Source: Octopus vulgaris
Taxonomy: Eukaryota
Direction of reading: 5' to 3'
Assembly: GCA_951406725.2 (NCBI GenBank)
Contig: OX597834.1
Location: 43,400,001 to 43,464,000 of the forward strand
Length of the DNA: 64,000 nt
Below are positions 41,422 through 56,440 of this stretch, in pieces (the stretch's first letter is position 1; each line of letters begins with the position of its first letter). The notes beneath the pieces were generated by a model. The model was not told the DNA's origin and made no database searches. It worked only from the letters and a program-made list of their open reading frames with translations. The position numbers were made by a program, and so were the translations under genes.

Positions 41422-41580
41422 AATGAGATAACACAGCGAAGAGTTTGAGGAGTTTTCAGGACATTTACAACGATAAAGATATATAGTCTTACAGGTGTTT
41501 CTATAACTCAATCTATATCTTTTTCTTCATAAAAGTCCTGAAAACTCCTCAAAGCCTTGACTTTGTTCTTTCATTTTGTG
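41418..41580. repeat. Inverted-repeat element within (TA)n
   Basis: Exact 19-bp inverted core tttgaggagttttcaggac (41444-41462 and 41535-41553) inside longer imperfect arms. Confidence 0.8.
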
Positions 41581-41628
<48 letters not shown>

Positions 41629-41762
41629 TTGCATGCTTATGCAAAACCCACATTAGACTCTTCACACGTACCACTATCGAACCAAGAGTTTAACTACGGT
41701 CTGTCCATAGGATTTGCTTAGCGTAATCTGCCACTCTTTGGGACTTCTAGATACCAATACCC

Positions 41763-41842
<80 letters not shown>

Positions 41843-42457
41843 TATACACCAATGGATTGTTCCCGATAACTAACTACTTATAGATAATTATAACTGTCAT
41901 TCGTCCATTTGAACATATAATATACTGCATCTGCTTATATACAAATGAGTATTTGATGTGCATACATTTTTGTATTGTACTCGTGTTGTTATGTGTGTTT
42001 GTTGTTGTGTGCGTGTGTATGTGTGAATGTGTGTGCATGCGCACGTTTTATGTCAATATAATGCGTGACAAGTCTGGAACGAGGAAGGCACAATGTTGTC
42101 TCGGTCTTGTATGGCAACAAATAATCTCTGACACACTAACTGATTGATTAGTATATTGATCAAACGATTTGTCTAACAATCGATTATTTAATTGCTTAAT
42201 TGGTGACCTAGATGAATTAACAACAAATAAAGAATACTGTAAAACAGAGACAGTGCCCTCTGAAAATGACCCAAAAGAAAAACACGTTCGCACGCATGCA
42301 CATACAAACACACACATATAAGCAATACGCAGAATGTAAACTAAGCACAAGAGCAGCCATTGTGAGAGAAATCGGTGAATCGATCATATTGATCTCCAGT
42401 ATTTGGGCATTTCTTGTATTTTTTTTATCATGTCGAACTTAAAATTCTTTCAGCTGT

Positions 42458-43014
42458 AAGCACAATGCCTGAAATTTTGGGTGAAAAGGGTTAGTCTATT
42501 ACATCAACACCAGTACGTAACTGGTAATTATTTCATGGACCCCGAAAGGATGAATGGCAAAGTCAACCTGGGTAGGGATGTGAACTCAAGACGTAACGAC
42601 GGAGGAAATGTCGCTAAGCATTTTGCTTGGCGTGCTAATGATTCTGCTAGGTCGACGCCTATAATAATAATTATTATAGGCCTGAGATTTGCGGGAACCT
42701 AGTGCATAACTGGTACTTAATCGACCCCGAAAAGATAAAAAGCCAAGTCGACCTCGGCGGAATTTGACCTCAGAACGTAGTGGTAAACGAAATACCTATT
42801 TCTTTACTACCCACAAGGGGCTAAACACAGAGGGGACAAACAAGGACAGACAAACGGATTAAGTCGAATATATCGACCCCATTGCGTAACTGGTCCTTAT
42901 TTAATCTCACCTCGAAAGGATGAAAGGCAAAATCGACCTCGGCGGAAATTGAACTCACAACGTAACGCCAGACGAAATACCACCCGGCGTGCTAACGTTT
43001 CTGCCAGCTCGCCA
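42458..43014 (-). mobile_element. SINE-A cluster (diverged copy plus dimer)
   Basis: 42458-42660 is a diverged copy. 42676-43014 is a dimer with a junction at 42796/42797. Confidence 0.88.
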
Positions 43015-44002
43015 CTTTTATCACACTTCAAATTATAAGAGATAATGTGAGTTGATTCTGGATTTGAACTCAGAACAAAAACGACAGTAACTAAAGAAAG
43101 CACTTTGGCGAAAACTTTGGCTTCAAATCTTTGCACGAGTCCAGCATGTTTCATCTAACACTATGTTCAACTGCCGCTCATGTAATCGACCTCGAGGGAG
43201 TGAAAAGTTGACCCCGGCGTCATTTGGACTCACAGAACGTAAAATCAAAGCACGATCAAAATTCTTCCTGCTAACAACCTTAATTTCTCTTCCTATATTG
43301 AAGCTTACATTTACTAAACTTTCCACATTATAATTCTATGTTTGGATCTAGAAGCCGTTTAGTAATTTCAGCTTCTATATTGTGTAATGGGGGGGAATGT
43401 TAATGTACTTGCATATGTCAAGGATTGTACGATATGTATGTATGTGTGTGTGCATCTGCATGACTATATGCGTGACTATGTGTGAGTATACAATATATAT
43501 GTAGCAGCACGGTCGTGTAGAAATGCCTGAGTTCTTCTCACACTATTAGCTTCTCATAATATTTTAATGCACAGAAGTTAATAGCAACTTTTATGTAGAC
43601 CTGCAATCACAAAAGCTCATGCAGAAAAACTCACTACTGTGTTTATGCATATATGTGTATATATATGCATATGTATATATATATGCACATATGTAAATGC
43701 GTATGTGTGTTTGTGTTTGTAATCTTGTTTATGTAACCATATATAGTAACAGCGACTAAAAAGGATATAGTGTAAATTACTAAATCACTTAAGTTAAATC
43801 TCCCTTACAGATGTGTGTTTATATACACATACATACATTCATATATATATATATACATACATATACATATATATACATATATATATATGTATGTATGCTA
43901 ATATATATATACATATATACACACACATACATATATGTATGTATCTATGTATATATATATATATGCTTGAATATAGTATTAATGTGTATTAATACTTTCT
44001 CA

Positions 44003-44078
<76 letters not shown>

Positions 44079-44823
44079 CATGCATAGTTCCATGCATCCA
44101 ATCATTCCTAGTTACAGATATGCATATATATGCGTGTGTACGTGTGTATGCGTATAAATATACGTATACAAATACATAAACACACACACACATACATAAA
44201 CACGCACACACTTACAAAGTAGCCTTTAATTAAACTCAATCTGAAAGGCTTCCAATAGGTCTACGATGTGCATTAATTTTTGCATCTATTGTTTGTCGGA
44301 GCCGTAATCGATGAGTTGTAAATGGTGTCTGTGGCAGTAACATTTATACATGCTACTTCTTTAATGGTGTGTATTGATGCCTAACAAATGGACTTTTGTG
44401 AAAAGAGGCCTATATTCACTGTTTTTTTTTTCCTTTTTTCATAATGTAAATCTGAGCAAGTTGCAATAAATCTATAAGTATATCGATGCAAATTGCAAAT
44501 AAGTGTGTATATGTGTGTCTTTGTATACGTGTATGCATACATGTTTCTCCGTGAATGTGCCTGCGTGTGTGTGTGTAAGTTTCCAGTGTGTGTGTATGTT
44601 CGCGTTTGTGTTTGTGTGAAGGTGTGTGGTTGTTTGAATGTAAGTATATGCGTATAAATATTGTGTATATAGAAATTCATATCTGTACATGTCTATAGAG
44701 ACTCGCATGTGCGTATATATATATACGATGCACACACACCAGACAGTTATATGCATGTATATATTAATCGCGTGCGTGTGTGTACATAAGCATAAACTTA
44801 TGCGTATATATACATATTATGTG

Positions 44824-44858
<35 letters not shown>

Positions 44859-45185
44859 TATACATATAATCATATGTAAATATATACACCAAAGTGCATA
44901 TATATGTACATGTGCATACGCATATCTACACATGCACATATTTAAGCATACATATATGTCCACATACACATACATATTAATATATTTATATATATATATA
45001 TAGTTATATAATATATTTATTTATGTATCCCTCTCTCTTTTTATAAATATATATATACATACATACACACACACATGCACACACACATATATATGTATAT
45101 ATATATACATGTATATGTTGCTATGTATCTATCGAGCAGTATGCATATTATATACGTGTGTATATATACATGGGTATATATTCAT

Positions 45186-45238
<53 letters not shown>

Positions 45239-46083
45239 TAAATACATGCTTAGACGCATGCATAGACATATACATACACTCATACATACATGCGTACATA
45301 CATACTTGCCTACACACATACTCACATATATGCATAGATATGTGTATATTAGTATATGCATGTATGATTGCACATAATATTGTTCTGATGAAATAATTTT
45401 TAAAAGGGATATAATTAATATTTGGAATGAGAAACGGGAGGATCAGTAAGTAAAAAACCATGTCGTGGACTTCCTAATACTCGTATATTTTATCTAAATA
45501 TGTACAGGCGTAAAACGTAAGCTATTAAAATTGACAGGACATGCCTCTGTAAGTGCTCTAAGCAAATAAACAGCAGGAGAAGGAAAAACAACAACACAAC
45601 AGCGCGACAATGATGTTTTCACTTCTAAATTGAACGTGAAAACAATAAATTCAAAACAACTGCTGCGAAATCATTGCTAATGCTTTTCGGTTTGCAAGAC
45701 CAGGTCTTGTTAACTTTCAGCTTCATTTGTTTTTCTCAGATGTTTGCGTAGCCGCCCTACAATACACACTTCTCCCTCAGTTAGCAATCACACCAATGTG
45801 TAACATGATCTAGTATTTTCTCTGTGCATGTGTATGTGTTTATGTGGTTATGTGTGTGTATGTATGAATATAAATTTACTCATAAATATGCCGCATATAT
45901 ACATACTTATAAATGCATGTATTTAGTGTGTGTAAATGTGGTGTTTGTACGAGTTTGTAACTATCAACAGAAATAACTTTTTTATATAATATATACATTT
46001 CAATATATAACGTACACATTATATGAATTTATATATATATACATACATATATATATGTATATACATATATATATAGATATAGA

Positions 46084-46492
46084 TTTTTTTTTTTTTTTTT
46101 TTTTTTTACTTGTTTCAGTCATTTGACTGCGGCCATGCTGGAGCACCGCCTTTAGTCGAGCAACTCGACCCCGGGACTTATTCTTTATAAGCCCAGTACT
46201 TATTCTATCGGTCCCTTTTGCCGAACCGTTAAGTGACGGGGACGTAAACACACCAGCACCGGTTGTCAAGCAATGCTAGGGGGACAAACACAGACACACA
46301 ACACACATTTATATATATATACATATATACGACAGGCTTCTTTCAGTTTCTGTCTACCAAATCCACTCACAAGGCATTGGTCAGCCCGGGGCTATAGCAG
46401 AAGACACCTGCCCAAGATGCCACGCAGTGGGACTGAACCCGGAACCATGTGGTTGGTTAGCAAGCTACTTACCACACACCCACTCCTGTGCC
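46084..46492 (-). mobile_element. Young full-length SINE-B with poly(A) tail and TSD
   Basis: Box B-like GGTTCAGTCCC, CORE-like cttgggcaggtgtcttc, T24 at 46084-46107, and TSD tatagatataga (46072-46083 and 46493-46504). Confidence 0.95.
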
Positions 46493-46524
46493 TATAGATA
46501 TAGATATATAAAACGATGAACGTC

Positions 46525-46847
46525 GCTCTTTTCAAGGCTAGCCAGGCTCATGGGCCCGGTTTCCCGGTTTCTGTGGCGTATGTGTTCCCCCTAGCTGGAC
46601 GGGATGCCAGTCCATCGCAGCGTTACTTAAGAAACAGGACGAGAGAGAGAGAGAGAGAGAGAGAGAGTGAGAGCAAGTTGTAGTGAAAGAGCACAACAGG
46701 GCTCGCCACCACCCCCTGTCGGAGCCTCGCGGAGCTTTTAGGTGTTTTCGCTGAATAAACACACACAAGGCTCCGGTCTGGGAAACCGAAGCCGCAATCC
46801 TCCGACCGCGAGTCCGCTGCCCTGACCACTGGGCCATTGCGTCTCCA
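46525..46847 (-). mobile_element. Full-length SINE-C
   Basis: Head ggagacgcaatggcccagtggtcagggcagcggactcgcgg and body gctgcgatggactggcatcccgtccagc. Confidence 0.9.
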
Positions 46848-46860
46848 TATAGATACATAC

Positions 46861-46934
<74 letters not shown>

Positions 46935-47175
46935 ATGTATGTATATATTCATGAGTATTAGATAATATGATTATATCATGTAATGTAAACAATCAGAATT
47001 TATATTACCAATGGTGCTAAAGTATGATCTCAGTTATATTGGGAAAGAACAGAGTAAGTCACAGCTTGGATCATTAAATCCTGATTCAAGTACATTAACT
47101 ATTAGATATATATTTAACTATAAGAGCCAACGATGAGAATGGACGAGATATACAAGAGGACACGTTAACGCATCA

Positions 47176-47363
47176 AAATCGGTTGTCGAGCGATGTATAC
47201 GACGGGTTTCTTCTAATTTTCATCTACCAAACCCACTCAAACGGCTTTGGTCGGCCCAAGGCTATAGTAGAGGACACTTGCCCAAGGGTCGACGCAGTGG
47301 GATTGGAACCAGAACCATATGGTTGGGAAGCAAACTTCTTGCTACACAGCCACGCCTTCCCCT
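47176..47363 (-). mobile_element. Partial SINE-B
   Basis: cgacgggtttctt..ggctttggtcggccc..gacacttgcccaagg..cacagccacgcc. Confidence 0.8.
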
Positions 47364-47717
47364 ATGTAAGTATGGATGTAAGTCGAAATATAATTTTTTT
47401 ATCTATGTTTTTTGAAGGGCAACTTTTTTACTCTTTATCTGACAATTTGTATACAGTGCACATGCACAACTTTCCGATATGAAAATGCACTGTGGTATAG
47501 GGTATAATAATTGGCGTAAGTGCTACGAGAGTAATTTTATTGAAGTAGAATATCATATCTACAATGAATGTTTGTTTTCGTTGTATAGTTCTCTATAGAC
47601 GAACCACTAACTTACGGGGTATTCAAGCGGTGGTGATGGGACAAACACAAACACAAAACACACACACAGTTACATACATATATACGTACCTATACACATA
47701 CACACACACATATATAT

Positions 47718-47909
47718 AGTTGAAATTTATAGAAAAGCAAAAGACGAAAACAGGTGTAAGATCAAACAACAAGAAAACGTATTAGTTTGACGCTCGAGAA
47801 AAATAAAAAGGTCTTTTATATTTCGATCCAACGCTCTTCAGCAGAAGGGAATAAAAAGAAATAAGCAGAGAGAGAATGAAAAAAAAACTTGTAAGGTTCA
47901 GCTGTCATA

Positions 47910-47980
<71 letters not shown>

Positions 47981-48092
47981 ATATATATATATAACGGGAA
48001 GCTTTATGAAAATAAACAAAAGACGAAGGCAGGTGGAGTACAAACAAACAATTGTATTAGTATGGCGCTCAGAAATATAAATAAAACAAGTC
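47718..48092 (-). mobile_element. Two decayed copies of the hammerhead-bearing short repeat
   Basis: aaaagacgaa..caggt..gtattagt..gcgctc appears at 47740 and 48018. Decayed core CUGCUGA-A-GAGC..GAUC-GAAAU at 47811-47846. Confidence 0.65.
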
Positions 48093-48133
<41 letters not shown>

Positions 48134-48700
48134 CACGACACAACCGCTGTTGGCGTGTTTACGTCCCCGTAATTTAGCTATTTGAGCTTACAGAAGAACT
48201 TAAAGCTAACGTAACATTCTTTTTGACATTTCGCCCCGCTGCTCAACACTTTCCACCAATTCGCCGCTTTTCATATTTTTGTAATACGTGGATTATGAAG
48301 AGAATGAAGGCGGCAACGCAAATAAGAAAGATATCTGACATTTAGAATGAAGGGGAAAAAAAAAGGTTACAAACAAGTCACTTATTATGTGTAGAGACGT
48401 GAATTTATGGGAAATGTAAGACGCGTTGCGTTGGATTGAAGATGACAGGAATGGTTGGTAAGAGGTTTGGATGCCGGAAAATAAACCGCGCGGTTGAAGG
48501 AAATTATAGCACTTCGATGTATGTAACTAGCTGTATATCTGTCTACGCAAACTCATATATACATACAAGCAGGCACACAAACACACACACAAACTTACGT
48601 ACACACACCTACATACACGCAGTTATACATACATGCAATGATATATAAATATATGCACACACAAACGCATATGTATACTCATATATATAAATACATATAA

Positions 48701-48738
<38 letters not shown>

Positions 48739-49593
48739 GCTTATATGTATTTACACACACTCTCACGCTCATAGACACACATACATGCATACATACATAT
48801 TTATATATATATATATATATACATACAGATATACATACACATATACACACATGTATATCAATGAATTTGAGGATTCAAGACTAAATTTACATGCAATAGA
48901 ACAAGATTAAATATAAAGGAAATAATACTAATAATAATAAGAAGAAGAATAAGAATAATTATGTATGCAAATTAAATGCTAATGTTTTTGATGTTAATAT
49001 AATGAATGCAATGGTAATGTAGTATTCGATATATTAATGTCGGACGTTATTTGTTCCAACACCCTGTGTTCAAATTCCACATGATCCTTGTTCTCGTTCC
49101 TTCTAGCTTCAGAATTAAAAGCATCTAGCAAAATACCAGTTTCCTTGCTTCCTTCTCTCTCTTTCTTTGACATACACCTCTTCTCTCTAAAAAATAATCT
49201 ATTTTACTCAGATCTGGCTAAAGTATAATCTATACAATTTTGAATATGTCCAGAATGGGTCGTGTGACCAGGAGTTAAGAGATCATCACCAGAATTCCAC
49301 TGTCTGAAGTATCAATTTTTAGTGTTCCCGCTTTTCTAATGTTTTTCTAAGAATATGCGTTGGATTCTGCGAGCTAAAATTATCGCTAGCAGGTCGCAGA
49401 AAATACTTATTTGTATTTCGTTAGTCTTTAAGTCCTGTGTTCAAATTCCGCCGACATTGTAATGGAACCGTTCAGTTTCATTTTTATTTAATAATTCACA
49501 CACGATGCAATATCGTATATCGGTAACCGTGTTCAAATTGTGATAAAGGTCTTTTACAAATGATTAACAATCTATTATACTTAACAAAGTCGT

Positions 49594-49725
49594 AAGGCGG
49601 TGAGCTGGCAGAATATTTAGCACGCTGGACGGAATGGTTAGTGTTATTTCACTCGTCGCTACGTTCTAAGTTCAAATTCCACCGAGGTTGACTTTGCTCT
49701 TTATCCTGTCGGAGCTGATAAAATG
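49594..49725 (+). mobile_element. SINE-A 5' part
   Basis: aaggcggtgagctggcagaat..gttcaaattccaccgaggttgactttgc. Confidence 0.8.
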
Positions 49726-49778
49726 ATAAAATGCTACGGGACGTACATAATTCTTGTGAGATAGTTTACATGTAGTTA

Positions 49779-50034
49779 AACAAATAAATAATAAATGCGC
49801 CCTTTTTAAAGCCTAGCCAGGCTGTGGGCCTGGTTTCTATGGCGTATGTGTTCCCCAGCTGGACGGGACGCCAGTCCATCGCAGCGTTACTCATTTTTGC
49901 CAGCTGAGTGGACTGGAGCAACGTGAAATGAAGTGGTTTGCTCAAGAACACAACGCGTCGCCCGATTCAGGAATCGAAACCACAATCTTACGATTATGAT
50001 ACTGACACCCTAACCACTAAGCCACGCGCCTCCA
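49779..50034 (-). mobile_element. Full-length SINE-C2 with TSD
   Basis: Head gtggaggcgcgtggcttagtggttaggg, CORE-like and V-like domains. TSD ttacatgtagtta (49766-49778) and ttatatgtagtta (50038-50050). Confidence 0.9.
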
Positions 50035-52485
50035 CAATTATATGTAGTTACGTGGACAATATTCATCAATATTTTCACTGCAATAACAGCGTAGACTGAC
50101 AGCTCTATCTAAACATTATAGTTGTATTTAGCGTCTGAATGTGACAACTTAGAATCCTGCAAGTATGTCTAACTATATAGAACACCTTCTGTTACCGTTT
50201 CCTTAATCAGTTTAAGTATGTTACAATAGAAAAATTGGACTAATGACCTTCTACAAATAAGTCACTCTCTTACCACCTTAACAAAACTGAAGGACAAGTT
50301 GCATGATGTATTCCAAAAACCCTTTGAGACCCTTTGATGAGTTTGGGACTCTTTGATGAGGCTTTCGCTCAATGAAGATTGATTCAGATTAAACAACAGC
50401 GTCAAGCATTTGAGGCACTTTTCTTCATTTCACATATTAAATATCTCACCCATTATTGTTCGTTTCAGTTATAAACAAATGGCAACCATTTTGTGTCATT
50501 TACTCCGCATATTGGGATTGAAGCTTTTAACTACTGACGTTCGTATGTTGTTCTCTAAATTAGTTTCAGTTAGGAATTGAAACATGAAATATCAAATTTA
50601 CCAATTTAACAACTTCTTTCAAAGTTCTCCATACTTTTTGTACAGCATATAACATATCGCATTGCTGAAAATTCTAATTAGTTTGCCAGTAAGGCGATTT
50701 ACGTAATAACCTAACATTGAGAGCAAAAGAAGTGAATTTATTAATAAAATAATTAAGATTTTCACAAATGTAAAAATAAAATTTACAAAAGAAAGAGAAA
50801 TTGTAAAGAAAGTTGTGTAAAGTAATAGACGTGTCATCGCCGTGGTTAATGGAATAAGATTCAAAAATAGCGACCAGAAAACACAGCAAGGACAAAATAT
50901 AATAATATCGATTGAAAACTTTTATAATTAATCAGGGAAACATATCTGTGTTATCATTATTATGCAAAAATGTCAAATTAGGGTAATGAATAAAACATTT
51001 AATTATCTCTAAACACAGTGGTTAGTAATTAACTTTAAAAACTCTAATGCAATTAATATGTGAAAAGGAAGAATAAAAAATTCAACAAAACAGAAACAAA
51101 ATATGTTCAATGTTGCAGTAATTACAAATGTTTTCATTGATTTGATATGAAAGAAATGTTCATTGTGATTGGAAGAGAGAGAAGAGAATACCGTTGATGA
51201 AAATTGAATGTTTCAGAAGAAAGTTGGACAAAACTGCACACAGACACAAAGATATTAATCAACATGTGCAGCAAAACTTACGATCTAATTTATAATGATA
51301 AAAAATAATAACGATATTAAAATAATTAAACATAGAATAGAAAACAAAGGCAAAAATTTTCACCGTGTGAAATAATTATAAGCTGAAGCAATATATTCAG
51401 ATTTTCTCTTCATTTTTTTTTTGTTTCAAATTAAATAACTACATCAACAACAACAAAAATAAAAATATATAAAATATCACAATAACAACTACAAAAAGAG
51501 CTACAGCAACCAAAATAATGACAAGCAGAGTAGTAGTAGTAGTAGCAGTAGCGACAAAACAGCAGTAACAGCAGGAATTTTATAATTAATATTGTACTGT
51601 TAAACTTTTGGCCCTGAAATTATAGAAAGCTGAAAAATATAAACATTAGCAATAATGCTGTTGGCATCGACGAAATTGCACTAAATACCCTCCTCAGAAC
51701 CCGTCAGTCAATAGAAACCCTAGCAGCTTTTGATACTGCAGCTATGTTCATAGAACTTAATTCTGTTTTTAGCAGTGAAATTGCTCAAACATTGAAGCAA
51801 AAATAGTTTCGAAAAAATATGAAATCGAATCAAAAGAAATTAAAAGATAAAGATTAAAATGAACAGAAATTTCAATTCATAATTTGAAATTAAAATTTAA
51901 TTAGAAGCATGGATTTTCGCATCTTTTCAAACCAAAATGCCAGATTGATGTATATTTCTTACAAAACAATGTGTTTATCAACATTTCAAATCTAAATGTA
52001 TGATTTTAAGATTATCTCTTTTACATTACCGAATGCTAGACCTTCGGATTCTATTGTGCCGCATATTTGGTGCAAATAAAATATTCCTGTTAATTCATTT
52101 CTATGTATTCATTCAGTAATCGCAGTTGAAAGTCATAAAACAGATGTTTCTTTAATAAGATACATTATCAGAGATTGCAATAGAATGCCGCCATCAGTAT
52201 GGCTTGTCAACATCTTAAATAACTGAAAATTAATTAACAATGGCGGTTTTAATCTGTTTCTCCAGCTGCCAGACATAGCAGTTAGATCTCCTCAACTCAC
52301 ACACTTCATTCTGTAAAGCGAGACGTTGGACAATGTAACAGTAATGTATACCGATAGAGGATTCTCATACTTCGAATCTTTTTGACCTTATGTGGTTTCC
52401 GATCATAAACTGATTTTCTATAAATTTCAACTCTACATATATATACACATACATACATATATATACATATATGTGTGTGTATATA

Positions 52486-52870
52486 TACTCTTTTACTCTT
52501 TTACTTGTTTCAGTCATTTAACTGCGGCCATGCTGGAGCACCGCCTTTAGTCGAGCAAATCGATCCCGGGACTTAGTCTTATTCTATCTGTCTCTTTTGC
52601 CGAACCGCTAAGTGACGGGGACGTAAACACACCAGCATCGGTTGTCAAGCAATGCTAGGGGGACAAACACACACACATACACATATATACATATATATAC
52701 ATATATACGACAGGCTTCTTTCAGTTTCCGTCTGCCAAATCCACTCAGAAGGCATTGGTCGGCCCGGGGCTATAGCAGAAGACACTTGCCCAAGATGCCA
52801 CGCAGTGGGACTGAACCCGGAACCATGTGGTTGGTTAGCAAGCTACTTACCACACAGCCACTCCTGCGCC
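52486..52870 (-). mobile_element. Young SINE-B
   Basis: Near-identical to 46108-46492, with a (GAGTAAAA)n tail. Confidence 0.95.
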
Positions 52871-52875
52871 TACAC

Positions 52876-52944
<69 letters not shown>

Positions 52945-53078
52945 CATACATAGTTATGTGTGTGCACATATATATGTATAAATGTGTGTTAAGTGTGTGC
53001 GTGTGTGTGCGTATAAATCTGCTCAGTTTTGCTGTTCCCACACCTGTCTTCCTCTTTTGTTTTCTGTAAGTTTGAACT

Positions 53079-53114
<36 letters not shown>

Positions 53115-53132
53115 ATACACAGATACATATAC

Positions 53133-53178
<46 letters not shown>

Positions 53179-54495
53179 ATTTATATATACACATAATTAG
53201 ATTCATACATGCACGCATACATACACACATATGTAAATACTTAGATTAATATAAATATGAATATCCTAGCATACCAAAAGGAATAAAAAAAAAAAGAGAT
53301 GATGAAGTAGCTAGAATTATTCTGAGTCATTCAAGAAGATATAAGCCATTATGGAGATCTTACGAAATTAATATAATTGATCAAATTTGATTCTACACCA
53401 AAGTGGCCGACAACATGGACGAAAACCAACTATAAACGGAAAAACACATCAATTCATTTACAGAGAACTAATGAAGGAAGTAGAGTTTGGTATTTTACCA
53501 AATCAGAAAATCTAAGTCGAAACTACAAACCATTTCAATTAGTTATAAAGCACATCGGTTCAATGACATATTTCATCATTGAAGGATTTTAATCATTTTC
53601 TTTGGCACTGTTTGCTACAACGACACTGTTATGTTGTTCACTCCATAACTTATATTTGACATTTCATTCCAAACGACTGGTCTATTTTTTCCAAGTGACT
53701 TCGCTCCACTTAAATATTTGACTATTTCTTTCTTCACATGCACAATATTTCACTCAGTTCTGACAATAATCCATATATTGGTGCAGCTCAGATTAGATTT
53801 CATGTATTTAGGCTTAGATAAGGTTTTAGCTAAAAGTAGATTTGTCATTTTTATAGGTATTCTTCACTTTTCTTTTCTTTTTTCTTTCCAAGCTTGTCTC
53901 ATTCACTCTCCACCTCTCCTTGATTCCTTCTCTCTCCCATCACATAATCTCTGTTATTCTCTTTCTAACACTTTATTCATATTTTCTTCTCTTCTTCCGT
54001 AACCTAATCCCTAATCGCACTCACAAATTCTTTCTTCCCTCGTTATTCTTCTTCAAGTTCTCTCTCTCTCCCTCTCTCCCGTTCTTATCCCTTGCTCTGT
54101 CTTCCTATACTGACAATTTTCCCTTTATTCACCTCCTTTTTTCTTCTTCTTTTTTTTTGACAGTTTTATTTTTGTCCCTGAGCGTTCAATTCTGCTTTCA
54201 CTTTCATTATCTAATTTTGTTTTACTATTTATCGCTTCTTTCTTTGTTGTCTTTTTGTTTTCTTTTCTTATGTTTTCGCATTCCCCCCGCCGGCTTTCCA
54301 CAACGACCCCCCCCCCCCCTTCATGCCTCCATTTTCATCTGATTCAACTTAAGCACTTAGTTGCAGCATGTACCAATAATGGCAGCCTTAATGGGCTTGA
54401 TGTTAAACTTTCAGCCGACTTTGCATTTCGCTTTAGCCTCACAGGTCACATTTATTACACGTCGGATGTGATCGGCGGAAGCACTTAGGCCAACA

Positions 54496-54885
54496 GAAGA
54501 AGAAGGAAGAAGAAGAAGAAGAAGAAGAAGAAGAAGAAGAAGCAGAAGAAGAAGAAGAAGAAGAAGAAGAAGAAGAAGAAGAACAACAACAACAACAACA
54601 ACATCAACTACGACAACAACGAAGAAAAGAAGAAGAAGAAGAAGAAGAAAAGAAGAAGAAGAAGAAGAAGAAGAACAACAACAACAACAACTACTACTAC
54701 TACTACGGCAACAACGAAGAAAAGAAGCAGAAGAAGAAGAAGAAGAAGAAGAAGAAAAAGGAGGAGGAAGATAAAAAAGAAGAAGGAAAAGAAGAAGAAG
54801 AAGAAGAAGAAGAAGAAGAAGGAAGAGAGGAAGAAGAAGAAGAAGAGGAGGAGGAGGAGGAAGGACGAAGAAGAAGAAGAAGAAG

Positions 54886-54917
<32 letters not shown>

Positions 54918-55082
54918 GAAGAAGAGGAATCAGTAATAAGAGCAAGCAACACATATTAAGCCAGTAAGTAAAGAGGCAGACGCAGCTGATAGCAAGACTG
55001 CAGAAGCAGCAGCAGCAGCAGCAGTAGCCAAAACAACAACAACAACAACAATTACAAAAACAACAACAGCAGTAACAACAAT
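54496..55082. repeat. (AAG)n/(AAC)n/(AGC)n microsatellite field
   Basis: Visible directly. Confidence 0.95.
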
Positions 55083-55340
55083 CCTAGGCAGATATATAGA
55101 CGATTCGTAATCAATAGCATCGCGAGAAGTGTCCATTAGCAAACAGAGTGTATAAAAGAGAAACAGAATGGAAAACATGGAGAGCGTATATGTAAGAGAT
55201 GCAAAAAGTATGTGTGTGTATATATATATATCTATCTATATATATATATATGTATATACATACGTATATATACATATATATACATATATATATATACATA
55301 TATATATATATATGTATATACATACATATATATGTACGTA

Positions 55341-55408
<68 letters not shown>

Positions 55409-55425
55409 CATATATATTCACATAT

Positions 55426-55458
<33 letters not shown>

Positions 55459-55464
55459 CATACG

Positions 55465-55496
<32 letters not shown>

Positions 55497-55957
55497 CATA
55501 TATATATAGATAAACATATGTATATATGTACACTGTATGTATGTATATATATATATATATATCTGTAAGTATGTATGTTTGTAAGTATGTATATAAGTGA
55601 GACAGAAAGATGGCGGAATGGTGTGTGGGGAGGGGTTTTGTGCGTTACAATTTGGTGAAAATCAAGTTGAAATAAAACTGTTTGAGAATGACTTTCAGAG
55701 ATGTTTATGTTTTCATATGTCGTGTGTAAGGTGTATGTAAGTAATAAAGGCTTTCCATAAGACAGAGAGAGAGAGTCTGACGGAAAAGATGGCGCACGGT
55801 TTTCGACAAATGTACACACGCACGCATCCATATGTATGTACAAGCATGTATGTATGTGTGTGTGTATGTGTGTGTGTGTGTGAGTGTTTGTGTACAGAAA
55901 TATATTATATATTTTTTTCTATCTATCTGTCTATCAATCTATCTATCTATCTATCTC

Positions 55958-55991
<34 letters not shown>

Positions 55992-56030
55992 GATCTATCT
56001 ATCTATCGATCTATCTATCTATCTATCTCT

Positions 56031-56440
56031 CTTTTACTTTTTTACTCGTTTCAGTCATTTGACTGTGGCCATGCTGGAGCACCGCCTTTTAATCGAGCAA
56101 CTCGACCCCGGAACTTATTCTTTTGTAAGCCTAGTACTTATCCTATCGGTCTCTTTTGCCGAACCGCTCAGTAACGGGGACGTAAACACACCAGCATCGG
56201 TTGTCAAGCAATGCTAGGGGGACAAACACAGACACAAAAAAACATACACGCACACACATATATATATACATATATACGACGGGCTTCTTTCCGTTTCCGT
56301 CTACCAAATCCACTCACAAAGCATTGGTCGGCCCGGGGCTATAGCAGAAGACATTTGCCCAAGATGCCACGCAGTGGGACTGAACCCGGAACCATGTGAT
56401 TGTTTAGCAAGCTACTTACCACACAGCCACTCCTGCGCCT
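56031..56440 (-). mobile_element. Young SINE-B
   Basis: Near-identical to the copies at 46.1 kb and 52.5 kb. Confidence 0.95.

Noticed and set aside
45530-45554. Possible 11-nt micro-exon (acag GACATGCCTCT gtaagt)
   Set aside because: No polypyrimidine tract and no supporting exons; such matches are expected by chance.
46780-46847. tRNA-like sequences at SINE heads
   Set aside because: Box A and box B are present but there is no complete cloverleaf, and each head is attached to a SINE body.
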